From Ranitomeya imitator (lineage: Eukaryota), in assembly GCF_032444005.1 (NCBI RefSeq), contig NC_091283.1, positions 32,860,001 through 32,924,000 of the forward strand: a DNA stretch of 64,000 nucleotides. The letters run 5' to 3'. Positions 1 through 12,846 of the stretch are shown one piece after another; the first letter of the stretch is position 1, and each line of letters begins with the position of its first letter. The notes beneath the pieces were generated by a model. The model was not told the origin of the DNA. It made no database searches and was given only the letters and a program-made list of their open reading frames with translations. A program made the translations under genes and the position numbers.

Positions 1-808
1 GCATCTTTGCCTGTTTTTGGTGTTTTTTTCTTGAATGTGTCCTTTTTTGGTGTTTTTCATGTTAGAGTAGGACTGGCAATACGTAAGGACCCTTGGCGTG
101 GGTTGCCAGCTTCCATATTATGGCCCTAATATCAACTAATACCTTACATATATTTATATGTTTTTTTGCACGTATATTTTTTGCAGGGTGCAGCTGGGCC
201 CATATTGTTCTGTACACTGTGGCCTCTGTTCACACGGGATGCATTTTAGTACTGGGCAGCCCGCCATATGGCGTTATTAATAGGCTGTAGCCAGATGCTT
301 TGTATTCCTTGTGTGAACACGCCACATACAGAGTATTTTATCTTAGTGCATTGGTGTACCACACGGCCAAACCCTTATTGAAGGCTGGCCGTTGCTGCTG
401 AACCTCAGAACAAAGATCAGTCACCTCCAGTACCATCCTCTGCAGCTGGTCAGCTAGCAGAGAAACAGAAAAAAAACACTTATTAGCTTTTTTTCTTTAG
501 TTTACAAACGTGAATGGCGGGTGATAATGTCACACACAGTGTAGGACAGACTAAGTGAAACACAAAGTGATAAGGTGGAGGGTTGTTCAACACTAGGGAA
601 GCGTGGAGGGGAGACCCCTAAACACATCTAGCGTCATCCTGTCTGCCCTATCGTCCCTAAAAAGGTTCCGCCCCTATCGCTGAGCAGGACACCTAATCCC
701 TGCATGACTCTGGCAATAAGCCCTGCACCGGGAAGGACAGGATGATCGCTAGTCAATCCTCACTACCATTAAAGACAGATAGGATAAATGAAACAAGGTA
801 GACAATTA

Positions 809-1219
809 CAGTAGGGAAAAAAAGTATTTAGGCAGCCACCAATTGTGCAAGTTTTCCCATTTAAAAAAGATGAGAGAGGACTGTAATTGACATCATATGT
901 AGACCACAACTATGAGAGTCAAAATGAGAAAATAAATCCAGAAAATCACCTTGTCTGATTTGGCAAGATTTGTTTTGCAAATTATGGTGGAAAATAAGTA
1001 TCATCAGACCATATGACATTCTCCCAATACTCTTCTGGATAATCCAAATGCTCTCTAGAAAACTTCAGATGGGCCCGGACATGTACTGGCTTAAGCAGGG
1101 GGACATGTCTGGCACTGCATGATCTGAGTCCCTGGCGGCACAGTGTGTTACTGATGTAGCCTTTGCTATTGTGGTCCCAGCTCTATGCAGGTCATTCACT
1201 AGGTTCCCCGTGTGGTTCT
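809..1219 (-). mobile_element. Internally deleted Tc1 remnant related to the 5462-7066 family
   Basis: TA followed by CAGTAGGGAAAAAAAGTATTT, similar to the TIR at 5462. From ~1000 it jumps to sequence matching the transposase interior at 6241-6460. Confidence 0.75.
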
Positions 1220-1668
1220 AAGCATTGCATCCACAGCTGTCAGTTTTACCTGGCTGGTAATCAAAAATACAGGGGAAGCCACGCCATTTTATTATTTTAT
1301 TTATAGTGCAGGGGCAAACTGATGAATACTCTCATCAGCCGCCACCTGCTCTTGCTTTTATTTGCGCAGCAAGTGTAGGTTCATGGAAGGAGTAGTCCCA
1401 TCAGCCGAGGCCTGTGACTGGGGGTAAACTTTTTACCTCCAGTCACAGCTGCAAGCTCACTCTGTCATCTGACAGTGTGGGAACCACAGTGCTCTGACCG
1501 GTGGTATTAATCTTACCGCCGATCAGAGCCACCAATGTTTCTCATGCTTTCATGCACCTGATGTACGGGGGGCCAATCCCGAACAGTAACACATACTTCC
1601 TAGTGAAGTCCATGTTCGTCGTTTGTGTTTGAAAAGTAGGCATTTGGTACGGACCTTGAACTTTACTA

Positions 1669-2130
1669 TAATAATAATAATAATAATTTTTATTTATATA
1701 GCTCCAACATATTCCACAGCGCTTTACAGTTTAACAGTTTCAAACACAACAGTCATAAGTAACAACAATACAATAATTAAAGCAAAATAAGACGACCCTG
1801 CTCGTGAGAGCTTACAATCTACAATGAGGTGGGGGAGATACAAAGTACAGCTGTGTATTTACAATGATGTATTTACAATGATGGTCCAGCCATCTTCAGG
1901 GGGAGGGGGATAGATGGAGATAGTGAATGGGCTAGACACACACACACACACACAAACATAAAATGACTGATTAGTGAACGTGGTAGGCCGCTCTGAACAA
2001 ATGTGTTTTGAGGGAGCGCCTAAAACTATGCAAATTGTGGATGGTCCTAATATCTTGGGGAAGAGCATTCCAGAGCATTGGCGCAGCGCGGGAGAAGTCT
2101 TGGAGTCGAGAGTGGGAGGTACGGATTCAG
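1669..2130 (-). mobile_element. L2-clade LINE 3' end
   Basis: Minus strand reads SHSRLQDFSRAAPMLWNALP, as in the L2 C-terminus at 18190-18250. It ends in a GGAATAT stem-loop and a (ATT)n tail. Confidence 0.8.
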
Positions 2131-2188
2131 GTTCTCCCATCTCTAAATATTATTTTGCCAGAGTGGCAGGTAATGACTTAGGAGTTAA

Positions 2189-2552
2189 AGAGGTTGTCCA
2201 CTACTTTTATATTGATGGCCTATCCTGACACCTGGCATGCCCACTGATCAGCTGTTATCGTTGTCAATGTTGGCAGCCGGCGGTTGGTCGGAATAATTCA
2301 TTTGCCGAGCTGTTTAGTCTTGTAGTGGCTGCCACAGGGCTATTGATTTGAATAGGAGGCAGATGTACAGTACTCTGTGGCAGTCAGTATAAGTAGATGT
2401 AGCAGTTCAACAAGTGAGTGCTCCCGGACGGCCACCGCCACCACCGATAACAGTTGATCGGAAGGGGGGTCGGTTGTCGGACCACGGCTGGTGAGACATT
2501 GATGACTTATCCTAAGGATAGGCTATCAATATAAAAGTAGTGGACAACCTCT
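2189..2552. mobile_element. T2/Kolobok-type MITE
   Basis: TTAA|AGAGGTTGTCCACTACTTT ... AAAGTAGTGGACAACCTCT inverted termini. Confidence 0.75.
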
Positions 2553-2752
2553 AATATTTTTTAATACCATGGCATTACAGAGTAAATCACATGTCGTATA
2601 CAATAGCTGCAATTTTACATTTGTGTTGAAAATTCAAAAGAAGCACAAATGTCTTTTGGAATTGTCAGATGCAATTACTGTTGTTATGGATTATGATATT
2701 TCTGGTAATCTAGTTTTTCAATAGAGTGCTTGATATTGTATCACTGTGCTTG

Positions 2753-3216
2753 ATTGGCAGCAAACTCGCCTGACCTTAACCACATAGAGAATCTATGGAG
2801 TATTGTGAAGAGGAAGATGAGAGACACAAGACCCAACAATGCAGACGAGCTGAAGGCTGCTATCAAAGCAACCTGGGCTTCCATAACCCCTCAGCAGTGC
2901 CACAGGCTGATCACCTCCATGATACACCACATTGATGGAGTAATTGATGAAAAAGGAGCCCAGACCAAGTATTGAGTGCATTAAATGAACAGACACATCA
3001 GTAGGCCAACATTTCGGATTTTAAAATCATTTTTCAAGGTGGTGTTATAAAGTATTCTAATATACTGAGATAATGACTTTTGGGTTTTCATTGGCTGTAA
3101 GCCATAATCATCAACATTAACAGAAATAACACACGTGAGATAGATCACTCTGTGTGTAATGACTCTATATAATATATGGGTTTCACTTTTTGTATTGAAG
3201 AACTGAAATAAATTAA
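2753..3216 (+). mobile_element. Tc1 transposase C-terminal fragment and right-end sequence
   Basis: ORF 2754-2975 carries NSPDLNHIENLW, the Tc1 SPDLNPIE motif with the catalytic Glu. Confidence 0.8.
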
Positions 3217-3971
3217 CAAAGAGAACTATTGGGCCGCCTTAGGCTCCTGGAGCCGTGTGCATCTCCCACCCCCGCTCACACTATACTTACGCCCCTGACG
3301 CTGACAGTGCATCCAATATAAGTTCAACAAAATGTTGATTTAAAAATGGCATAGTATCAAAAAAGGTGGCAAATTTATTAAAGATGTAATCATTATTAGA
3401 GCCAGTTACTGGCATGTACACCATTGGCATTGGCATGACTTGAAGCCCGTGGACCCTAATGCAAAAGCCCCAACCGGGTCCCCAGTTGTTGCAAATCGTC
3501 AATAGAAATGGTCTTTTCATATGGGCCACAGGGACCTTTTGGGCCACCTAGGCTCCAGGGCCCAGATGTGATTGCAACCTCTGCACCTATTATCGTTATG
3601 CCCCTGCATCTATGTAAGGAAGACAAATATATCAATCATATTTAGCAAATAAGTAAAATATATAATGCAATGTGTAATATTTCAATATTTTGGCCATTTT
3701 TGACGGCTTAAATTACAGTACCATATTCTGTTCCTGATGACTCCTTTTTCAACAAATTTTATTACAAATTTTAACATGCAAAATTATGGGATAGGAAAGG
3801 AAACTGGGTAAAAGCAGGAAAGGGGATGAGGTAATTAGCTTTATTAGATTTTTTGTTGACTAATTTCTGATGACTCCTGACCTCTCTATACTATATAATG
3901 AGTTTTAATGTTGATATTTTCCTAATAATCATGCTAATAGGGATGGATGACACGTTATACATAGCCTGGGC

Positions 3972-4197
3972 CTTAATTACCAATTTGCATATGAAACTCT
4001 CTGCCGTAACGAATACTGGGGGATTAATTATCACTAACCTGTTGCATTATATATACACCCATAATAACAGCAGAATACATACGAGACTGGAGTGGTAGCC
4101 ATTATTTGCAGTGGATGGTAGATATAGGCCCATCAATCTCAATATTCACTATTATTTAGATGTAGACATCTACAGGTCTGCGTAATTGCAGGTAAGT
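3972..4197 (+). promoter_or_regulatory. Candidate promoter and non-coding exon 1 of the OR pseudogene at 7273
   Basis: TAATTACCAATTT (3974) and GGGATTAATTA (4020) match the motif pair upstream of the other ORs. Splice donor CAG|GTAAGT at 4192. Confidence 0.4.
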
Positions 4198-4703
4198 GAA
4201 ACAGATATGTGGAAAGGAAAAATTACCTATACTAAAATTCAAAGGTCCCACATCACGGGAAAAACTGGGACTGAACCCTGAAAAGTGAAGAAGAAGAAGA
4301 AAAAAAGGTTAGCTTATGTATCCTTTAAAACTCTTTATAAGTTAGAGCTGCTTTATTTTTGTAAAATTTACAATACATATGAATGATGTGGTGTGAACCT
4401 GAACTAAGTGAGATGTAGATTAAGGTCTACTCTCCATCTAACCTCCCTGTAGCCATCGCCTGCAGAACCCTCAGACCCTGCTACCATGCCTATTGACCAC
4501 TTTTCAATACTTTCATTCAAACAATTTTCCTACCATCATCATGGACAGCTACAGCATCACGGTTGACATGTCATTCAGCTGCCTCCAAACTTCGATCTCC
4601 TGCCATCTCGTTTGACCTCCTAGTGGTCCCACGACAGCCACACACAGAGAGCGATATAAACTCGGAATCATTTTCTCCTGTCGCTATTTCCTATCTTCTC
4701 TAT

Positions 4704-4997
4704 CATAGTAACATAGTAACATAGTAAGGCCGAAAAAAGACATTTGTCCATCCAGTTCAGCCTATATTCCATCATAATAAATCCCCAGATCTACGTCCTT
4801 CTACAGAACCTAATAATTGTATGATACAATATTGTTCTGCTCCAGGAAGACATCCAGGCCTCTCTTGAACCCCTCGACTGAGTTCGCCATCACCACCTCC
4901 TCAGGCAAGCAATTCCAGATTCTCACTGCCCTAACAGTAAAGAATCCTCTTCTATGTTGGTGGAAAAACCTTCTCTCCTCTAGACGCAAAGAATGCC
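4704..4997 (-). mobile_element. CR1 LINE 3' end
   Basis: ORF 4810-5016 has FFTVRAVRIWNCLPEEVVMANSVEGFKRGLD, the CR1 ORF2 C-terminus. Octamer tail (TTACTATG)n on the minus strand. Confidence 0.85.
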
Positions 4998-5461
4998 ACA
5001 GAGTCATCACTACCATTGAAACAAAGCAAACCTAAATCCCCATAAAAAAAACACTACGACAAACCTGCTGATGCTACAATAATGAAATAATTATACAATA
5101 TACATTTCCACTATACATTACAAGGAAAGAGCAATAACATTGTGTTATAGCCAGAAGAGTCACATTTTACCTTGGAAAACCCAACCCCAAACCCAACGAC
5201 GGAGCAGGAGTAAACAAAATGTAAAAATTATTGTCGCAATATCATCAAGATGTGTATATGACCTCTCTTGGTAATTTCCTAATTATGTATTCATTTCATG
5301 TCCATCCTCTACCCTTAAGCTTTCCAGACCCAAAATGACGGTATCTTAATTAATACGCAATTTTAAAAAAAAATTCCAACAGGATATAAAAATAAAACAG
5401 AGCTATAATTTTGGTTGTGCTTTATCTCCAAAATTAAAATTTTTATTATGATCATCATATA

Positions 5462-7066
5462 CAGTGGGGCAAAAAAGTATTTAGTCAGTCAGCAATAGTG
5501 CAAGTTCCACCACTTAAAAAGATGAGAGGCGTCTGTAATTTACATCATAGGTAGACCTCAACTATGGGAGACAAACTGAGAAAAAAAATCCAGAAAATCA
5601 CATTGTCTGTTTTTTTTATCATTTTATTTGCATATTATGGTGGAAAATAAGTATTTGGTCAAAAACAAAATTTCATCTCAATACTTTGCAATATATCCTT
5701 TGTTGGCAATGACAGAGGTCAAACGTTTTCTGTAAGTCTTCACAAGGTTGCCACACACTGTTGTTGGTATGTTGGCCCATTCCCCCATGCAGATCTCGTC
5801 TAGAGCAGTGATGTTTTTGGCTTTTCGCTTGGCAACACGGACTTTCAACTCCCTCCAAAGGTTTTCTATAGGGTTGAGATCTGGAGACTGGCTAGGCCAC
5901 TCCAAGACCTTGAAATGCTTCTTACGAAGCCACTCCTTCGTTGCCCTGGCGGTGTGCATTGGATCATTGTCATGTTGAAAGACCCAGCCACGTTTCATCT
6001 TCAATGCCCTTGCTGACGGAAGGAGGTTTGCACTCAAAATCTCACGATACATGGCCCCATTCATTCTTTCATGTACCCGGATCAGTCGTCCTGGCCCCTT
6101 TGCAGAGAAACAGCCCAAAGCATGATGTTTCCACCACCATGCTTTACAGTAGGTATGGTGTTTGATGGATGCAACTCAGTATTCTTTTTCCTCCAAACAC
6201 GACAAGTTGTGTTTCTACCAAACAGTTCCAGTTTGGTTTCATCAGACGATAGGACATTCTCCCAAAACTCCTCTGGATCATCCAAATGCTCTCTAGCAAA
6301 CTTCAGACGGGCTCGGACATGTACTGGCTTAAGCAGTGGGACACGTCTAGCACTGCAGGATCTGAGTCCATGGTGGCGTAGTGTGTTACTTATGGTAGGC
6401 CTTGTTACATTGGTCCCAGCTCTCTGCAGGTCATTCACTAGGTCCCCCCGCGTGGTTCTGGGATTTTTGCTCACCGTTTTTTTGATCATTCTGACCCCAC
6501 GGGGTGGGATTTTGCATGGAGCCCCAGATCGAGGGAGATTATCAGTGGTCTGGTATGTCTTCCATTTTCTAATTATTGCTCCCATTGTTGATTTCTTCAC
6601 TCCAAGCTGGTTGGCTATTGCAGATTCAGTCTTCCCAGCCAGGTGCAGGGCTACAATTTTGTTTCTGGTGTCCTTTGACAGCTCTTTGGTCTTCACCATA
6701 GTGGAGTTTGGAGTCAGACTGTTTGAGGGTGTGCACAGGTGTCTTTTTATACTGATAACAAGTTTAAACAGGTGCCATTACTACAGGTAATGAGTGGAGG
6801 AAAGAGGAGACTCTTAAAGAAGAAGTTACAGGTCTGTGAGAGCCAGAAATCTTGATTGTTTGTTTCTGACCAAATACTTATTTTCCACCATAATATGCAA
6901 ATAAAATGATAAAAAAACAGACAATGTGATTTTCTGGATTTTTTTTTCTCAGTTTGTCTCCCATAGTTGAGGTCTACCTATGATGTAAATTACAGACGCC
7001 TCTCATCTTTTTAAGTGGTGGAACTTGCACTATTGCTGACTGACTAAATACTTTTTTGCCCCACTG
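5462..7066 (-). mobile_element. Full-length Tc1 DNA transposon, copy A (1605 bp)
   Basis: TA TSDs at 5460-5461 and 7067-7068; ~210-bp TIRs starting CAGTGGGGCAAAAAAGTATTT. Confidence 0.97.
5678..6699 (-). pseudogene. Tc1 transposase with a 1-bp frameshift
   Basis: ORFs 6082-6699 ([13 protein letters not shown]) and 5678-6118 ([16 protein letters not shown]) lie in different frames. CAGCCCAAAG near 6113 lacks the T seen in copy B (CAGTCCCAAAG). Confidence 0.93.
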
Positions 7067-7272
7067 TACGTATGAATATCATCTCCTACTCCTAATTAGT
7101 GATTGACGGGATCAATAGAAAAAAGAAGTGTCCACCCCATTTAGGATTCCTTTTACAGGTTTTAAATTAGGGCTCGAGAGCTTCTGATTCCTAAGTTCAT
7201 TTATAATAAATATTCTGACAATACATAATCTTTTTCCAGCTTTTGTCTAGATCTTAGATCTTAGAGAAGAAG

Positions 7273-8277
7273 ATGCATTCTAACCAGACAATTGACAAAT
7301 ACTTCATCATGAAAGGGATCACTGATGTTCCAGCGCTTCAGGTTCCAATTTTCCTCCTGGTTCGTTTTATCTATCTCATAACCCTTGGCGGTAACGTGGC
7401 TCTTCTCTTCTTGGTTTGTCTTGATCATCGTCTCCATAATCCTATGTATTTTCTCCTGGGTAACTTGTCCATTGTGGACTTGTCTTGTTCCACTGTCACT
7501 CTTCACAAGATCTTACCAAGTTTTGTCACCCGGGACAAGGCGGTTTCTTATACTTCTTGCATGATACAAATGTAAATGTTTGGGTCACTGATGGGTCATG
7601 AACTATTAATATTGGCTGCTATGAGCTACGACCGTTACATGGCAATCTGTAACCCTTTACGATATCACATGGTTATGAATACAAGAAGTTGTAGTCTATT
7701 GGCTTCTATATGCTGGATGTGGGGATTTTTACAAGTCATTCCACCAGCTGTGATCTTGTGCAGCTTCTCTTGCTATTCATCCATTGAAATCAACCACTTT
7801 TTCTGCGACATTGTTCCACTGATGAGAATTTCTTGTGTCGACACTTCCTTCTTAGAAAAGTTGTTCTTCATAGAAAGTTTGCTAGTTTTGAACCTGATTC
7901 CTTTTCTTCTCGCTTTTATCCTTTGTGTTTTTATAATTAATGCCATATTGAAGATATGGAGCGGCATTGGAAGATGCAAGACCTTCTACACATGTTCCTC
8001 TCACCTGACGTCCTTCATCTTGCTCTACACAACCCTCGTTGGACAATATCTCACACCAAACCTAAGGAACACCTTGGAATCTAAAAAATATTTTGCTCTT
8101 TTCATTACAGCTGCTGTCCCTATGTTAAATCCTCTAATCTATAGATTGAAAAATAAAGACATGAAAAAAGCTTTCAGATGGAGCAAGGGACAGGCGAAAC
8201 AATATTTATCTGTATGCTCTATGCATTTTTTATATGTTTTAAATAATAGTTCAGAGTCTAAGTTACATGTAAGATAA
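7273..8277 (+). pseudogene. Class II olfactory receptor pseudogene with one in-frame nonsense codon
   Basis: LHNPMYFLL, MSYDRY, FYTCSSHL and PMLNPLIY motifs in one frame. TAA at 7573-7575 where paralogues have TAC (QM*MFG vs QMYMFG). Confidence 0.93.
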
Positions 8278-9774
8278 TGACCAAACTGTGTTTCTAGGGT
8301 CACTTTGAAAATGGTCACTTTTAAAAAAAAAATAAAAATGTAGACAGTTAGAAGAGCAATTATATCAAAGCTTTACGACCCAGATTTCCAAAATGTTGAA
8401 AGAAAATAATGGACAACTGTAGATACTTATTTCACAACCTAAAAAATTAAGTATACAGGCAGAAAAAAAAGAATAATCTCCTTGTTATTTTGTGGGGAAT
8501 TTGGAATTGCAAGGGGTACATTCTTGAAGTAGAAAAACTTCACTGCTAGGGACTTTAAGATTGAAGGTCAAGAAGATCGAAATCAAAGGTTGGAGGAACT
8601 CTATGAAAGAAGACCTTCCATTCTTGAGATGTAAGAGGGAGTGCTTCAGTTTAGGAATTTGCTTCTAATTCTAAGAACCTTCACTTCCGGGCCCAAACCT
8701 TATTTGATGATTGTGTTTTTCTCCTACCGTGCCTATCCTGTTCATCTATTGGCCAGAGCATATAGTGGCTACCAATAGCATATCTTGTGCAGGAGGACCT
8801 GGCAACTCCTAACCACACAGAGCCATGGACTTTAAAATGTGCAAAGCTTAACTTCGTCTGTGGTGGAGCTGCAGGGAAACAGAACACTCGATACAAGATT
8901 CTCATATAGATCACAACCGATTACTGAATATCCAGGCAGGGGGATGTGCTTTAATGAGCATTTTTTAAAGGAGAACCATCAAATACATTGGAACTGTCTT
9001 TAGTAGAATTGGCTTTGGTGTTATATTAAATCCTTCTGAATTTTTTTCTAGTGATGATCAAATGTAAAAAAAAATGAATTTGGCAGTTTGCAAGAACCAG
9101 GATAGGAAATTCAATTTGCATCTAATCTATTAGATACAAATCAAATAGGCCTTATTATGCCTCCAGACTGAAGACCATAATAAATGTTAAGGGTAAAAAA
9201 TAATATATACACTCACTGCTCACCTGTCTCGCCTCCACAGCTCACTGCCCTGTTCTCCGTTAGGACCTTCTGGCCCTCATCTTTTCTAGCCTTCATGGTA
9301 GACTTCTTTTTCAGTCCTCCTTTACTCTTCACTGTCTACTTTCAGTAGGTTTATGGCGATGTGTCGTAATGTCACAACATGCATCATCTGAGGTCTACTC
9401 AGCACAGAGTGATGAAAGGCACAGGAGAGGACGTGTCTGCCATTCCGGGCCCTTTCTAGCAATGTGGAGGCCAGCCAGCAGCCATATTGATGGATTTTCA
9501 GAACGTCCATCACCAAAAATTTCAGATTAGGGCCAATCTGAATGTTCATTAAAATTCTAAGCAAATTCGATTCACCTCTAATTGATACTGATTGGCTGCT
9601 TGCAACACAGGTCAAATCTATGGCCTAATCAAACTTTACAAGGTAATGCCCCTTTAAATGAAAATTTAGATAGACCTGCCCCTCTCATGGTTTATATAGT
9701 TCAGTACATGGGACAATCTTGCGAAAAATTGAACGGCTGGCAACTATGAGAGCTAAAATGAGGGCTCATTCCTG

Positions 9775-10884
9775 CACTAACCCATCTCTTCAACCTATCG
9801 CTATATTCTGGTACCTTCCCCTCGGCCTTCAAACATGCCACCATCACACCCATCCTCAAAAAAACTAACCTTGACCCAACTGCTATGCCCAGCTACCGCC
9901 CCATATCACTGCTCCCGTTTGCTTCAAAACTCCTTGAGCAGCATGTCCATGCTCAAATTTCCTCCCACCTCTCATCTAACTCTCTCCTTGACAACCTCCA
10001 ATCTGGCTTCCGTCCCCACCACTCCACCGAAACTGCCCTGACCAAAATTACTAATGACTTAGTCACAGCCAAAGCTAACAGACAGTTCTCCATCCTCCTC
10101 CTTCTTGACCTGTCTTCTGCTTTCGACACAGTCGATCACTGCCTACTGCTACAGATTCTTTCTTCTCTTGGCATCAAAGAGCTTGCCCTGTCCTGGATTG
10201 CCTCATACCTTTCCAACCGCACATTTAGCATTTCCCACTCACACACCACCTCCTCATCCCACCCTCTCTCTGTTGGACTCCCTCAAGGCTCTGTCCTAGG
10301 GCCCCTACTTTTTTCCATCTATACTCTAGGCCTAGGACAACTCATAAAGTACCACGGCTTCCAGTACCACCTGTATGCGAACGACACTCAGATCTACCTC
10401 TCTGGCCCAGATGTCACCTCTCTGCTGTCCAGAATCCCGAAGTGTCTGTCAGCCATATCCTCCTTCTTCACCTCTCGCTTCCTAAAACTCAATGTAGACA
10501 AAACCGAACTCATCATCTTTCCCCCATCTCACGTATCCCCCTATCTGACCTATCTATTATGGTAAACGGCATCACGCTCTCTCCCGCACCTGAAATCCGC
10601 TGCCTCGGGGTAACTCTCGACTCTGCCCTGTCCTTCAAACCGCACGTTCAAACTCTTGCCACCTCCTGTCGCCTCCAACTCAAAAATATTGCCAGAATCC
10701 GTTCCTTCCTCAGCCCACAATCTGCTAAAACTCTGGTGCATGCCCTCATCATCTCCCGCCTCGACTACTGCAACACCCTCCTCTGTTGCCTCCCCGCTAA
10801 CTCTCTTGCACCACTCCAGTCTGTCCTCAAATCTGCTGCCCGGCTAATCCACATCTCTCCTCGCTACTCCCCTGCTTCTCCCCT
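9775..10884 (+). mobile_element. L2-clade LINE ORF2 (RT) internal fragment, degenerate
   Basis: [35 protein letters not shown] and YAND (YADD mutated). Frameshift near 10545; both ends truncated. Confidence 0.9.
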
Positions 10885-10889
10885 CGGTA

Positions 10890-11389
10890 TATTGTTAACT
10901 AAATGGAATTTGGGGATCAATATCAGAAGACCAAAGTTCCCAATACAACATTATATCGATCAACATGGAATATTTGACCTATTCATGTTCTAAAATAGGT
11001 GTCCATTCACGTCAGTTGACATATACTGATGATTTGCTTTACTGCAATGTTACAGACCCAAGAGAATAGACACCTGAGTATTTATTACGGTAGATGAAAA
11101 AATATCCAAAATTAATGTAACTGTTCCCTAATTGCCAATTAGTGACTTAATGTAAGATTATTCATAAGTAAACTCCTGGGATTAATCGTCAGAAAATAAA
11201 GGCTTTCAGATATTAATAAAGCATCTGGGTTATAGGATCAGCGGCTGCGACTATAGAAGAGAGCAGGCTACAGGGGGCAACGCAGAAGTCCAAATACTAC
11301 TATATCAATCAGCAAGGAAAAAGTTATTGGTAAGTTTTATAAGAAAAAATAAAAGGACATTTACACTAATATAATTTACATGGGCCATT
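10890..11389 (+). promoter_or_regulatory. Conserved OR upstream block (promoter, non-coding exon, donor) belonging to OR 16358
   Basis: Homologous to 27030-27530 and 48305-48830. ACCCAAGAG at 11056, TAATTGCCAATTA at 11129, donor TTG|GTAAGT at 11330. Confidence 0.65.
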
Positions 11390-11496
11390 ACTATAACAAA
11401 CCTTATGAAAACCAACATCACACACCAAAATCTATAGGATAAAATAATATCCTGTGATGTCAATAGACATAGACTGGAAATATGTCGCACAAAAGC

Positions 11497-12179
11497 TGAG
11501 CAACAAAGAAAAAACCCACGACAAAAAATTCCAAATACAGAAAATAATTAGCAAAACATTATTTTATTAAAGTGACCAGGTATAGGTGACATGGGAGAAC
11601 AAATAGAGGGGGAAGAAGAGAGAGAACAACACCCTCTCACACATGTCAGAGTTGAAACGCTCACAGTAAAACATTACATTCCAAATAGGTAAATGGGTAT
11701 GGATATATTGTAAAATAAACTGGCCATTATTGCACATAAGCCCATATAGCCTAAGAAAGAAAATACAACACCCCTATATAGCGACTAGAAATGTAACCAG
11801 ACGGCTAATGTAATCCCCTTGGGAAGGACGCTCACAGCTACACCCCTGGCTCTATTGGTAATTACATTAGCCGTCTGGTTACATTTCTAGTCGCTATATA
11901 GGGGTGTTGTATTTTCTTTCTTAGGCTATATGGGCTTATGTGCAATAATGGCCAGTTTATTTTACAATATATCCATACCCATTTACCTATTTGGAATGTA
12001 ATGTTTTACTGTGAGCGTTTCAACTCTGACATGTGTGAGAGGGTGTTGTTCTCTCTCTTCTTCCCCCTCTATTTGTTCTCCCATGTCACCTATACCTGGT
12101 CACTTTAATAAAATAATGTTTTGCTAATTATTTTCTGTATTTGGAAATTTTTTGTCGTGGGTTTTTTCTTTGTTGCTCA
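11497..12179. repeat. Long near-perfect inverted repeat: 318/319-bp arms, 46-bp spacer
   Basis: 11497-11814 is the reverse complement of 11861-12179; only one 1-bp indel was seen. Confidence 0.95.
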
Positions 12180-12239
12180 TGGGCCATTGCTGCAAGTAAA
12201 AAAAAATCCTTATAACTGATCCTAAATTTTACCCCTTAA

Positions 12240-12582
12240 AGAGGTCCAATCATTTGCTATAATTTTTTTTACCTCGTGTAAATGGCGCCGTTTTCCTGAA
12301 TCCGACAACATTTTTCTCTTGTTCCTGCGCCTCTCTGTTTCTGAGATATGATCTACTTTGACAAGTAGGCATTGTCCTCAACCCCTCCCTGTGGGTGTCT
12401 TTAATAGGACCACACCCACTTGGCTAACAAAACTAATTTAGGCACTATTGTAAAGGTGCCATCTCTCAGGAATGGAGTGGCGCAGGAACAAAAGATAAAC
12501 ATCATCAGATTCAGGAGAACAGCGGCATTTACACCAGGTTAAAAAAAAAATCATACAGATTTATTGCAAGCGACTGGTCATT
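12240..12582. mobile_element. Degenerate T2-type MITE
   Basis: TTAA|AGAGG start and imperfect internal inverted repeats (12280-12350 vs 12460-12535). Confidence 0.45.
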
Positions 12583-12689
12583 TTTTATGATGCTGTCTAG
12601 GTTGGGCCTTAATTTGATTGTGTCACCTCATGAATTTTTCCAATGAATACCAAATAATGATAGATATTTTATTCCATTCTGTTTTATTT

Positions 12690-12846
12690 TAGTAACATAG
12701 TTAGTAAGGCCGAAAAAAGACATTTGTCCATCCAGTTCAGCCTATATTCCATCATAATAAATCCCCAGATCTACGTCCTTCTACAGAACCTAATAATTGT
12801 ATGATACAATATTGTTCTGCTCCAGGAAGACATCCAGGCCTCTCTT
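12690..12846 (-). mobile_element. Short 5'-truncated CR1 3' end
   Basis: 12702-12846 appears identical to 4722-4866, with the same tail. Confidence 0.85.

Noticed and set aside
530-800. Possible Gypsy LTR fragment
   Set aside because: It starts with TGTCACA but no matching end or TSD could be found.
6071-6790. 239/246-aa antisense ORF in both Tc1 copies (also 19221-19961)
   Set aside because: Its presence in both copies is explained by their near identity. It has no recognisable domain and is a shadow of the transposase frame.
8290-9770. Possible additional gene or exons downstream of the OR pseudogene
   Set aside because: Only short ORFs without recognisable motifs and degenerate MITE-like ends.
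11497-12179. Hammerhead ribozyme in the palindrome arms (GAAACGC at ~11652)
   Set aside because: No CUGANGA core or stem II in the correct position on either strand.
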